Source of the DNA: an uncultured Blastocatellia bacterium
Lineage (GTDB): Bacteria; Acidobacteriota; Blastocatellia; Chloracidobacteriales; Chloracidobacteriaceae
DNA: 64,000 nt
Reading direction: 5' to 3'
NCBI GenBank assembly: GCA_937934745.1
Contig: CALGZC010000015.1
Span: forward strand, 61,062 to 125,061
Positions 10,816 through 19,494 of this stretch are shown piece after piece; positions within the stretch are counted from its first letter, which is position 1; every line of letters begins with the position of its first letter. The notes under the pieces were generated by a model that searched no databases, was not told where the DNA came from, and was given only the letters and a program-made list of their open reading frames with translations. The translations under genes were made by a program, and so were the position numbers.

Positions 10816-13800
10816 ATGCTACGTCTCGATAAGCTCGAACTTCGCGGTTTCAAAAGTTTCTGCGACACAACCCAAGTCATCTTCCATGAGGGCGTAACGG
10901 CCATTGTCGGCCCTAACGGTTGCGGCAAAAGCAACATTGTGGATGCCATTACGTGGGTGCTCGGTGAACAGTCGGCCAAACATCTGCGCGGCGGGAAGAT
11001 GGAGGATGTTATCTTCAACGGCACACGCCACCGAAAGCCGCTCGGCATGGCCGAGGTTTCGCTGACGCTGACGGCGGTCCAGGATGTGCCCGACGGATGC
11101 GCCGGTGGGGCGTTGGACGACGATCCGACATCCGCGCTGGCGGCTGCCAATGCGGCCGCTAATCCGGTTGCTTCAGGCGAGCCGTCATCAGATGCTGATG
11201 GGCCACCGCCGCGCCGCCGGGCACCCCGCCTGCCGCAGTTGCTGGCGGGCGAAAAGATCACCATTGGCCGGCGGCTCTACCGCAGCGGCGACAGCGACTA
11301 CCTCATCAACGGTCGAATCTGCCGCCTGCGTGACATTCAGGACTTCTTCAGTGGGACCGGGCTGAGTCGTGCGCATTACGCCATCATTGAGCAGGGACGC
11401 ATCGGACAAATCCTCTCCTCTAAGCCCCACGAGCGCCGTGCGCTCATCGAAGAAGCTGCCGGCATCGGCCGCTTCAAGGCCAAACGCCATCAGGCCGAAC
11501 TCAAGCTCGAAGCCACGCGCCAGAATCTCGCCCGGCTCGATGATCTCATCGGTGAAATCGAACGCACCATTGCCAACCTCAAGCGCCAGGCCCAGAAATC
11601 GCGCAAATTCATCTCCCTCCGGGAGGAACTCCGCGCTGCTCAACGCCGATACTTGGCACTCCGCCGAATGCAGCTTCAGACCGCCCGCACCTGTGCGACC
11701 GAAACCTGTGCCGAACTCACCGCAGCATGCCGGCAACTTTCGGTTGAACTGGTCCGGCTGACGGAAGCCGTCGCTGCGGCCAGGGAGGCCACCCGCCAAA
11801 CCGAAGCCCATCTTGCAACGGCGCAGCAGTCCGCAGCCGCGGCCGAAATCGAGCTTGACCGCCTGCGGCATGCCGGGGCCAATCTGGAAGCCGAGCGCCG
11901 CCGTATTGACGAGCGCGATGCCGAACTGGCGGCTGCGCTGGAGCAAATCCGGCAGCGGTGCCAACTCGTTGACCAGGCTCTGGGCGAAGCGCGGGCCACC
12001 AACGCCCGCCTGGCAACCGAATTGGCCGCGCAAGAAAGTGCACTGGCCACGGCCGAGGCCGACCACCGGACGCTGGGGCAACAGCTACGGGAGGCCGAAG
12101 CTGCGTCTGAGGAAGCACGCCACCGCCATCTTGCCCATCTGACCCGCGCCGAACGGCTGCGCCACCAAGCAGAACAACTTGCCGAAACCAACACGCGCCT
12201 TGTTCGCCAAGCGCACGCGCTGACACAAGAACAGCGGCGCGCCACGGAACGCCAAGCCGACGTACAGACCGAGTGTGCGGCGGCAGAACAGCGTCTTGCC
12301 GACCTCGAACAACGTTTGGCCGTCGTCAAAGCCGACTTTGCTACGGCGCAGGCAGCGCTGGCCGCCGCCGATGCCGCGCGCAAGCTTGCGCAGGAGCGTC
12401 TCAGCGAAGCTCGCCGCGCCTATCACCGCGCCGAAGACCGCCACCAGGCACTGCAGGACCTCGACCGCCACCACGCCCACTATGCGGCAACCGTACGCGC
12501 TTTGCTGGATCGGGCGGCGGAGATTGGCGGCTTTCACCCACTCGGTACGTTGGCCGATTTTCTAACGGTCACAGAGGGCTACGAGGCGCTTGTGGAACAT
12601 GTCCTGGGTGATGTGTTGCAGGCGGTGGTTGTGGCCACACTGCCGGCTGCGCAGTCTGCTGCGACCTGGCTGACGCGAACACAGACCGGACGGGCCACCC
12701 TGTTGGTGGCCGGTGTTCAGGGTGGTTCGGCCGGCACGTCTGTCCCCCAGCCGGTGCCACAACCCACGCGCTTGTGGGATGTCCTCGGCGTGTCTGAACA
12801 AGTGGCAACGGCATTCCGGCAGGCGTTTCCAGAACTGGCCGACGCCCTGCTGGCGCCGTCGCTCGAAGCTGCGGTGGAAGCTGCAGCGCGGACGCCGGGG
12901 CGATGTGTTGTGACTGCAACCGGGGAGCAGGTGTTCGGCGGTGTGCGACTGACGGCCGGCGGCGGCGAGGCCAAAAGCATCCTCCGTGTCAAGCGTGACA
13001 TTCGCGCCCTGCAGGCCGAGCTTAGGGCACTGGCACACACCATTGCCGACCTCACCCGCGAACAAGCCCAGGCCGAGACGCGATGGGCAGCCGTTCAGTC
13101 CGCTTACGCTGCCCTGGATGCCGAACTGCGTCGCCTCGAAACCGAGCGGGCCGCGCAGACCGTGGAAGTCGGTCAACGTCGCCGCGAGGTGGAACGGGCG
13201 CACCAGCATCTATCTGTCATTGCCGCCGAACAGCGCCAGCTCGCAACCGAAACCGAACAGCTTGCGTCCCGCCGGGCCAAGCTCGAAGCCGAGCTGACAG
13301 AAGCGCTGGCCGAACGCGAAGCTGCCGAACAGGTGGTGCTGGCGGAGCAACAGCGTCTCACAACGCTTCGCCCGGCCGTCGAAGCCGCCGCCCAAACCTT
13401 GGCGGAGCGCCGTGCACAAGCCGCCGGCCTGCTGGAACGACGCCGAGCGGCGGAAGCCGAACTGCGCCGGCTGGAACGCGAGTGGCGTGACTTGGAACAA
13501 GGGCAGGCCCGCCTCACACTCGAACGGACGGCACTGCAGGCACGGTGCGCTGAGACTCAGCACAGGCTAGCCGACCTTGTGACGCAGAAAGCGGCAGCAG
13601 CAACGGCGCTCGCCGAAGCCCGTCAGGCCGTCGCCGCCGCAACGGCCGAGTTGGTGCGCTGCCGGCAGGACTTAGAGCGCCTGGAAGCTGCCCTTCAGAG
13701 GGCGCAGGCGATGGACCGCGACCGGCGCGACCGATTGGCCGCTGCCGAAGTGGAGGTGGCCAGGCTGACGGCCGAGCTGGGGTACCTTGACCGTCACTGT

Positions 13801-14598
13801 CAAGCAGAACTGAACTGCGCCCTGGAAAGCCTACCGCCGCCCACCGACGAAGGCCTATCCGAGACGGCCCTTGAGGCAACGATTGCGGCGCTCAAGGAAG
13901 CTCTCGTGGCGCTCGGCGCCGTCAACATGCTGGCGCTCGATGAACTCGCCGAGGCTGAAAAGCGCCTGGAATTTCTGACGGCACAGCGGGCGGACGTTCT
14001 GGCTTCGTTGGCAACGACCGAAGAAACCCTGAAGGAAATTCACCGGCGAACACGGCGGCGCTTCCGTGAAGCCTTTGATCACATCAACGCTTACTTTGGG
14101 GAAATCTTTCAGGAACTCTTCGGCGGTGGACGCGGAGAAATGCTCTTGATTGAACCGGACGACCCGCTAGAGTCGGGGATTGAAATCGTGGCCCAGCCGC
14201 CGGGCAAACGGCTTCAATCGGTGCTACTGCTGTCCGGCGGTGAAAAGGCGATGGCCGCACTGGCGCTGATTCTGGCCATTTTTCGCTACCGACCGAGCCC
14301 GTTCTGCGTGTTGGACGAGGTGGATGCGCCCCTGGACGAAGCCAACATAGACCGCTTCACGGACAAGGTCCGCGCGATGAGTCGCCAGACGCAGTTTCTC
14401 ATTGTCACGCACAACAAGCGGACCATGGAAGCTGCCGACTCCATCTACGGCGTCACAATGCCGGAGACAGGCGTTTCCAAGTTACTCTCGGTGCGATTTG
14501 ACGACAAACCCTCTGCCGTAACACAGGCAATATCCTCTGCCGCCGGCTCGGACTCGGTCAACGGAACGGCGTCCACTGGGCTGGGCGTCAGCGGTTGA
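10816..14598 (+). CDS. smc: chromosome segregation protein SMC
   Basis: Walker A GPNGCGKS, long coiled coils, hinge, LSGGE signature, LDEVDAPLD Walker B/D-loop; ATG 10816 (MLRLDKLEL). Confidence 0.97.
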   Translation: MLRLDKLELRGFKSFCDTTQVIFHEGVTAIVGPNGCGKSNIVDAITWVLGEQSAKHLRGGKMEDVIFNGTRHRKPLGMAEVSLTLTAVQDVPDGCAGGALDDDPTSALAAANAAANPVASGEPSSDADGPPPRRRAPRLPQLLAGEKITIGRRLYRSGDSDYLINGRICRLRDIQDFFSGTGLSRAHYAIIEQGRIGQILSSKPHERRALIEEAAGIGRFKAKRHQAELKLEATRQNLARLDDLIGEIERTIANLKRQAQKSRKFISLREELRAAQRRYLALRRMQLQTARTCATETCAELTAACRQLSVELVRLTEAVAAAREATRQTEAHLATAQQSAAAAEIELDRLRHAGANLEAERRRIDERDAELAAALEQIRQRCQLVDQALGEARATNARLATELAAQESALATAEADHRTLGQQLREAEAASEEARHRHLAHLTRAERLRHQAEQLAETNTRLVRQAHALTQEQRRATERQADVQTECAAAEQRLADLEQRLAVVKADFATAQAALAAADAARKLAQERLSEARRAYHRAEDRHQALQDLDRHHAHYAATVRALLDRAAEIGGFHPLGTLADFLTVTEGYEALVEHVLGDVLQAVVVATLPAAQSAATWLTRTQTGRATLLVAGVQGGSAGTSVPQPVPQPTRLWDVLGVSEQVATAFRQAFPELADALLAPSLEAAVEAAARTPGRCVVTATGEQVFGGVRLTAGGGEAKSILRVKRDIRALQAELRALAHTIADLTREQAQAETRWAAVQSAYAALDAELRRLETERAAQTVEVGQRRREVERAHQHLSVIAAEQRQLATETEQLASRRAKLEAELTEALAEREAAEQVVLAEQQRLTTLRPAVEAAAQTLAERRAQAAGLLERRRAAEAELRRLEREWRDLEQGQARLTLERTALQARCAETQHRLADLVTQKAAAATALAEARQAVAAATAELVRCRQDLERLEAALQRAQAMDRDRRDRLAAAEVEVARLTAELGYLDRHCQAELNCALESLPPPTDEGLSETALEATIAALKEALVALGAVNMLALDELAEAEKRLEFLTAQRADVLASLATTEETLKEIHRRTRRRFREAFDHINAYFGEIFQELFGGGRGEMLLIEPDDPLESGIEIVAQPPGKRLQSVLLLSGGEKAMAALALILAIFRYRPSPFCVLDEVDAPLDEANIDRFTDKVRAMSRQTQFLIVTHNKRTMEAADSIYGVTMPETGVSKLLSVRFDDKPSAVTQAISSAAGSDSVNGTASTGLGVSG

Positions 14599-15236
14599 TG
14601 CTCGGCAGGGCATCCGGCGTGCCAGATGTCCCCGTCCGGCACGTTGCGGCTGCTGTTGACATGCGGTGCGGCGACAGCCGGTTCGGACGACCAGGATGAT
14701 GTCTCTTCGCCGTGCGCCGCCGCGGCGGCGCGCTGCGCTTCAGTTTTGGCCTGAATTTCACGCAGCCCACTGGCCACAAAGGCCGTGGCCATTTTGTCCA
14801 TCCGGTCGGTGACGACACGGGCAATCCACTGTTCACCGACAAGACCCGCCAGCGGGTGAATGTCGCGGGCGCGCGGGCGCCAGACGCACATGGACAGCCG
14901 CACATCGGCATCTGTGGACCCGTTTGGGTTGGGACGCACCTGCACGTCACACTGGAAAAAGTCCGGCGAGCCTTCGGCTGCCGAGTAGGTAATTTCGCCG
15001 GTTGCGACGTTGACCCGCCGGTACATCACAAACTCCCACGTGATCGGTGCCACAATCGGCACACGCACGCAGAACCGCCAGCGCGTCACATCATCGCTGT
15101 CGGCGACTGGCGTAATATGCTCGATAATCGGCATGTGCCGCGCAAAGCTGCGTGGATCGGAGAAAAACTCGCACAGTTGCTCGATGGAAGCCGGGACCTC
15201 AAAAATCCGCCGTAGGTGAGCGCGAACGATGAACAT
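14445..15236 (-). CDS. SRPBCC/START-like (CoxG-like) domain protein with low-complexity tail
   Basis: N-terminal ~160 aa has the helix-grip pattern (FEVPASIEQLCEFFSDP...final amphipathic helix); next in line after lpxK. Confidence 0.6.
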   Translation of the reverse strand: MFIVRAHLRRIFEVPASIEQLCEFFSDPRSFARHMPIIEHITPVADSDDVTRWRFCVRVPIVAPITWEFVMYRRVNVATGEITYSAAEGSPDFFQCDVQVRPNPNGSTDADVRLSMCVWRPRARDIHPLAGLVGEQWIARVVTDRMDKMATAFVASGLREIQAKTEAQRAAAAAHGEETSSWSSEPAVAAPHVNSSRNVPDGDIWHAGCPAEHQPLTPSPVDAVPLTESEPAAEDIACVTAEGLSSNRTESNLETPVSGIVTP

Positions 15237-15251
15237 CCTGGTCGTGCGTGG

Positions 15252-16397
15252 TTAGCGCCGGTCGTCACTGGCGACTGCGCCGCCCGGTGCCGGAGACGAC
15301 AATTTGCGGTAATACTTACCCTTCTTTCTCACAATCGTTCGCAGCAGGAGACTTTTCAAGCCCACTTCATCCTCAAACTGGGTTTTGATCTCCACGACTG
15401 AGACCGGCAGGCCGCCGAAATCAAAACCTTCGACCTTGACGGCGTCTTTTTCGGTTGTCACCAGGCGCGTTGCGCCGGCCGCTTGGGCTTCTGCCACGAG
15501 AGCGGTAATATCGGTCGCCGTGTACGGGTAATGGTCAGGAAACCGTTTGGTGAAGACAATGTTCGCACCCAGATTGGCCAGATCATCCTCGAAAACGGTC
15601 GGTTTGCCGAGTGCGGAAAAAACACCAATCGGCTGTGTGACCAAGATGCGCTGCGCCTGTGGGCGACGTGTTCCAAGTTCATGGACGCCGACCAGGTCGT
15701 GGTAAGCGAAAAAGACCGGGGCCGTCACCTCACAGGCAGACAAAACCCCTAGCAGCTGCTCCTGGTCAAATGCCCGGTCGGTGCGCGTGACGACCACGGC
15801 ATCGGCGCGCCGCAGGGCGTAGAGCGGCTCGCGTAGGCGTCCAAAGGGGAGTAATTCGCCGTCGCCGAACGGGTCGGTGGCGTCCAAAACGAGAATGTTC
15901 AGATCGCGCCCCAACTGAAGGTGCTGGAATCCGTCGTCCAACACGAAAACATCGCAGCCATAGGCTGCTTCGGCAAAACGTCCGTTGGCGTACCGGTCGG
16001 CACCAACCACGATCTTCACATCGGGCAAGCGTCGCGCCAGCATTAACGGCTCGTCGCCGGCCGCCGTCCAATCTGGGGCCGGCTGTCCGGCATTCAGCAC
16101 CACGCGCGCTGTAGAACGCCGTCCATAGCCGCGCGTCAGGATGACCGTTTCGTGACCTTCATCGGTCAGGTAGCGCGCAATGTATTCCACAAGTGGGGTC
16201 TTGCCTGTCCCACCGACGGTGATATTGCCGACCGAAATGACCGGTTTTGTGAGTCGTTTGGGGTGAAGGTATGCCGTTTCATACAGCGCTATCCGCAAAC
16301 GAACGCCAAGCTCATATAACTTCAGCGGAGCGTACAGCGCCGCTCGCAGGGACGGAGACCACCGATCAACATTGATGGCCGGGAGAGTCCACAGCAT
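15252..16397 (-). CDS. lpxK: tetraacyldisaccharide 4'-kinase
   Basis: VISVGNITVGGTGKTP, ILTRGY and LDDGFQH; ATG 16397 (the longer ORF would overlap the tRNA). Confidence 0.95.
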   Translation of the reverse strand: MLWTLPAINVDRWSPSLRAALYAPLKLYELGVRLRIALYETAYLHPKRLTKPVISVGNITVGGTGKTPLVEYIARYLTDEGHETVILTRGYGRRSTARVVLNAGQPAPDWTAAGDEPLMLARRLPDVKIVVGADRYANGRFAEAAYGCDVFVLDDGFQHLQLGRDLNILVLDATDPFGDGELLPFGRLREPLYALRRADAVVVTRTDRAFDQEQLLGVLSACEVTAPVFFAYHDLVGVHELGTRRPQAQRILVTQPIGVFSALGKPTVFEDDLANLGANIVFTKRFPDHYPYTATDITALVAEAQAAGATRLVTTEKDAVKVEGFDFGGLPVSVVEIKTQFEDEVGLKSLLLRTIVRKKGKYYRKLSSPAPGGAVASDDRR

Positions 16398-16424
16398 GAA
16401 TACGCCCTCTGTCTTACGGGGGAG

Positions 16425-16509
16425 TGCCGAGGGCGGGACTCGAACCCGCACGCCCCTTGCGGAGCAACGGATTTTAAGTCCGTTGCGTCTACCATTCCGC
16501 CACCCCGGC
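16425..16509 (-). tRNA. tRNA-Leu (anticodon TAA)
   Basis: GCCGGGGTGGCGGAATGGTAGACGC, ACGGA-CT-TAA-AA-TCCGT, long variable arm, GGGTTCGAGTCCC; CCA not encoded. Confidence 0.96.
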
Positions 16510-16513
16510 CTGC

Positions 16514-17698
16514 TTACACGTCTGCCCCTTGGTGATCAGGCAGCGTCTCGGCGTACCACTCGCGGACGAGTTGGGTTGCCGAAAGGTATTCATGCCAACC
16601 GCGTTGGTTGCGGTCAATGAGAACCCACAGAAAACCTGCGCCGAGGAGCAGGGCAGAAAGTCCACATCCGATGGCGCGCAGAAGCGCCTGCACGGGCGTC
16701 AGTTCGTGGTCTTCGTAAATGCTCACGACACGCAGCCCAAGGTACATCATACCAAACGTCTGACCGGCGACCGCGACCGTACTAAACAGGTACATGCCAG
16801 CAATGAGTGCCGCCGCGCACCCCAGAAGGGCGACGACCCCGAGGTGGGTGAGCGTTACCCCTGTTACCACAGCAACGCAGAGCAGGGGCAGACACGAAAG
16901 CGCAAGCACGCCTGCGTCGATCAGCCCAGCAAGCACCCGTTCCCGGAGGAGCGGGCGAATCCGACGTACGATGCGTGCTCGAGCCGGCGGCGGCGTGCTT
17001 GGCGTTGGCACTGCCGGTGGTGTTTCCGGTGGGGATGGCGTTGACGGTGCCGGTTGATCCAGGAATAACTCAAAGTCCCCAAGTGCAGCGTCTAATTCGC
17101 CGGCAATTTCGCCAATGTCCACAACCGGTGCCGCCAGCGGGGGTACAGCGACCGGGGTGCTATCGACGGTGACGGTGTCCGGTGTCGCCGCACTGACCCG
17201 GCGCGGAGGGAATGTCATCGGCAGCGGTGATGGCTCGCCTGCCCGGCGCACGCGCCGCAGCACCCCGCGGACAAGCGGATTATCCACGGCTTCAAGGTCG
17301 TCCAGGGGCGACGGTGTTTCGGCAGTCGCGCTGGGTAGGGACGTCGCCGTGAGACCACCCACCGGAGCGGATGCCGGCGGGTGGCCGTCCTGTCCCTGGC
17401 GTGCCATGTCTCCGCGTTGGTCACGCCGGGCTGCTTCCAGTTCGGATTCCATCATTCGGCGGGCCTTGACCTGCCGAACACGGGCACTCAACTCTGCCCG
17501 CCAGGCCGGGACTGCACCTGCCGACTGCACCTCACGCGGGAAGGAACCATCCGCACCTATTACTTCTGTATTCGCCGATGGTCGTTTGCTTTCCATGCGC
17601 GTTGGGAAACGAGTTTCTCGGGTTGCAATAATGTGGCCGCAGCGCCGACAGACACGCTCGCCGTCAGCCTGAATATACCCGCAAGCAGCGCAAATCAT
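16514..17698 (-). CDS. zinc-ribbon plus RDD-family membrane protein
   Basis: N-terminal CAACG...CRRCG, Pro-rich linker, C-terminal RDD (RVLAGLID, GQTFGM, RGWHEYLSATQLV); ATG 17698. Confidence 0.85.
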   Translation of the reverse strand: MICAACGYIQADGERVCRRCGHIIATRETRFPTRMESKRPSANTEVIGADGSFPREVQSAGAVPAWRAELSARVRQVKARRMMESELEAARRDQRGDMARQGQDGHPPASAPVGGLTATSLPSATAETPSPLDDLEAVDNPLVRGVLRRVRRAGEPSPLPMTFPPRRVSAATPDTVTVDSTPVAVPPLAAPVVDIGEIAGELDAALGDFELFLDQPAPSTPSPPETPPAVPTPSTPPPARARIVRRIRPLLRERVLAGLIDAGVLALSCLPLLCVAVVTGVTLTHLGVVALLGCAAALIAGMYLFSTVAVAGQTFGMMYLGLRVVSIYEDHELTPVQALLRAIGCGLSALLLGAGFLWVLIDRNQRGWHEYLSATQLVREWYAETLPDHQGADV

Positions 17699-18045
17699 GG
17701 CTCTCATTTGGAAAAAACACGGCCCGGCACCGCTGCAAAGACCCATCGGTGCGGGCAGCCGGTGAATCCCTGGTCAAACAATGCCTTGGCTCGTGAGATG
17801 CGAATCTAGCAAAGCTACCGGGACTCGTCAAAGTGAAAGTAAAAACTTAGCTCGTCAATCAGAAAAACTTGAATGAACAACAGTTCCCGTTATGAGTGTG
17901 CACATCTGCAGACGCGCCCTGCGGACGATGAGGGCAAAGCTTGGTATGGCGTTTGGTGGCCGTTTGGCGAGCGTGATACAACATACACCCACCCGGCACA
18001 CGCCTACGGTGCCGCTGTAAAGAAAAAACTATAGAAGAGAAAACT

Positions 18046-19245
18046 ATGTCGGCTTCTGCGTCTGCTCCACCAATGACGAATCTACGCTTGTCGGCGCGGT
18101 TTGCGGATGTTGGTTTTTCAGAAATCGTTCGGATTCGCAACCGGGTTATGGAACTCAAAGCTGCCGGTGAAACGGTGCATCAGTTTGAGGGCGGGGAGCC
18201 GTTTTTCGAGACCCCGGAACCCATCAAAGCCGCCATGCGCCAGGCGTTGGTGGAAAACAAAACGCGCTATGCCCCGTCGAGCGGAATTCCCCCGTTGATC
18301 GAAGTCATTGTCGAGAAGGTACGCCGGAAAAACGGTATTCCGGCCGAGCCGTCGCAGATTGTTGTTGCCGTCGGCGGCATGCAGGGCCTGTATGGCGCCT
18401 TCAACGCACTCCTCGATCCGGGAGACGAAGTGCTCTTGTTGTCACCCTACTGGACGCCCACCCGTGATCTTATTCACATGACGGGCGGACGAGCCATTTG
18501 CGTTGAAACGACACGGATGCTCGCGGAAGGGGTGGACGCTGCCCTGGGGGTGCGGCTGACACCACGGACACGTGCAATTCTTGTCAACACCCCGAACAAT
18601 CCGACGGGACGGGTGTTGACACGCGCCGAGCTTGAAGCCATCGCTGCGTTTGCTCGGCGGCACGATCTGGTTGTGGTGTCGGATGAAGCCTACGAAGACC
18701 TCGTGTATGACGGCGAGCATGTGTCTATTGCCACATTGCCGGGGATGGCCGGGCGGACGATTTCGGTCTACACGCTGTCAAAGTCCTATGGCATGACGGG
18801 CTGGCGCATTGGCTATGCCGTTGCGCCTGAGCCGTTCATTACGGGCATCAAAACCTCCGTACTGTACTCGACAAACGGCGTCAGCACGCCGACGCAGTGG
18901 GCGGCGCTTGTTGCGCTGCGCGACACACCGGAGAGTTTCTTTGCCGAGCAACGGGCAGCGTACCGGCAGCGGCGCGACCGGCTGATTGCCGGCCTGGCCG
19001 AGCTGGGCTTACCCGTCAAGCCTGTGCCGGACGGTGCGTTTTATGTCTTCCCCGATGTGTCCAGACTGGGTGGGACGAGTACCGAGATTGCCCTCCGGTT
19101 GCTCACCGAGGCCCGGGTCGCAACCGTGCCCGGCACGGCTTTTGGTTGCAGCGGCGAGGGGCATTTGCGCCTGAGTTACGCGCTGTCCCTGGAAGCCATT
19201 GAGCGCGGGCTGGAGGCGCTCCGGCACTACCTTGCTGCGCGGTAG
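18046..19245 (+). CDS. PLP-dependent class I/II aminotransferase (AspC-like)
   Basis: NTPNNPTG, SDEAYE, SKSYGMTGWRIG (PLP Lys) and GAFY. Confidence 0.93.
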   Translation: MSASASAPPMTNLRLSARFADVGFSEIVRIRNRVMELKAAGETVHQFEGGEPFFETPEPIKAAMRQALVENKTRYAPSSGIPPLIEVIVEKVRRKNGIPAEPSQIVVAVGGMQGLYGAFNALLDPGDEVLLLSPYWTPTRDLIHMTGGRAICVETTRMLAEGVDAALGVRLTPRTRAILVNTPNNPTGRVLTRAELEAIAAFARRHDLVVVSDEAYEDLVYDGEHVSIATLPGMAGRTISVYTLSKSYGMTGWRIGYAVAPEPFITGIKTSVLYSTNGVSTPTQWAALVALRDTPESFFAEQRAAYRQRRDRLIAGLAELGLPVKPVPDGAFYVFPDVSRLGGTSTEIALRLLTEARVATVPGTAFGCSGEGHLRLSYALSLEAIERGLEALRHYLAAR

Positions 19246-19494
19246 TCACGTCGGCACAGGTGGGGTGTGCTGCCGCCCGTCGGGAACGCGCCGCTGCTCC
19301 GGCGGCGCTGCCGCAGCACGGCCGCGACACGGCAGTCGCCGGTGTCGGAAACCGTTGTGCGGTGGGAGCGCACAGGCGTTCCGGCACACCGGCCCTAGAG
19401 ATAACGCCAAGGCCGAGCTCACTTCCCGACGGAGCCGTACGGTGCTATGCGCACGGCGGACGAAAACGCTTTTTCGGACAGGACGGCTGCTGAT

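Noticed and set aside
11188-14412. Long antisense and alternative-frame ORFs inside smc (likewise inside groEL, alaS, polA, hppA and M16)
   Set aside because: Shadow ORFs expected in high-GC coding DNA; no motifs or RBS
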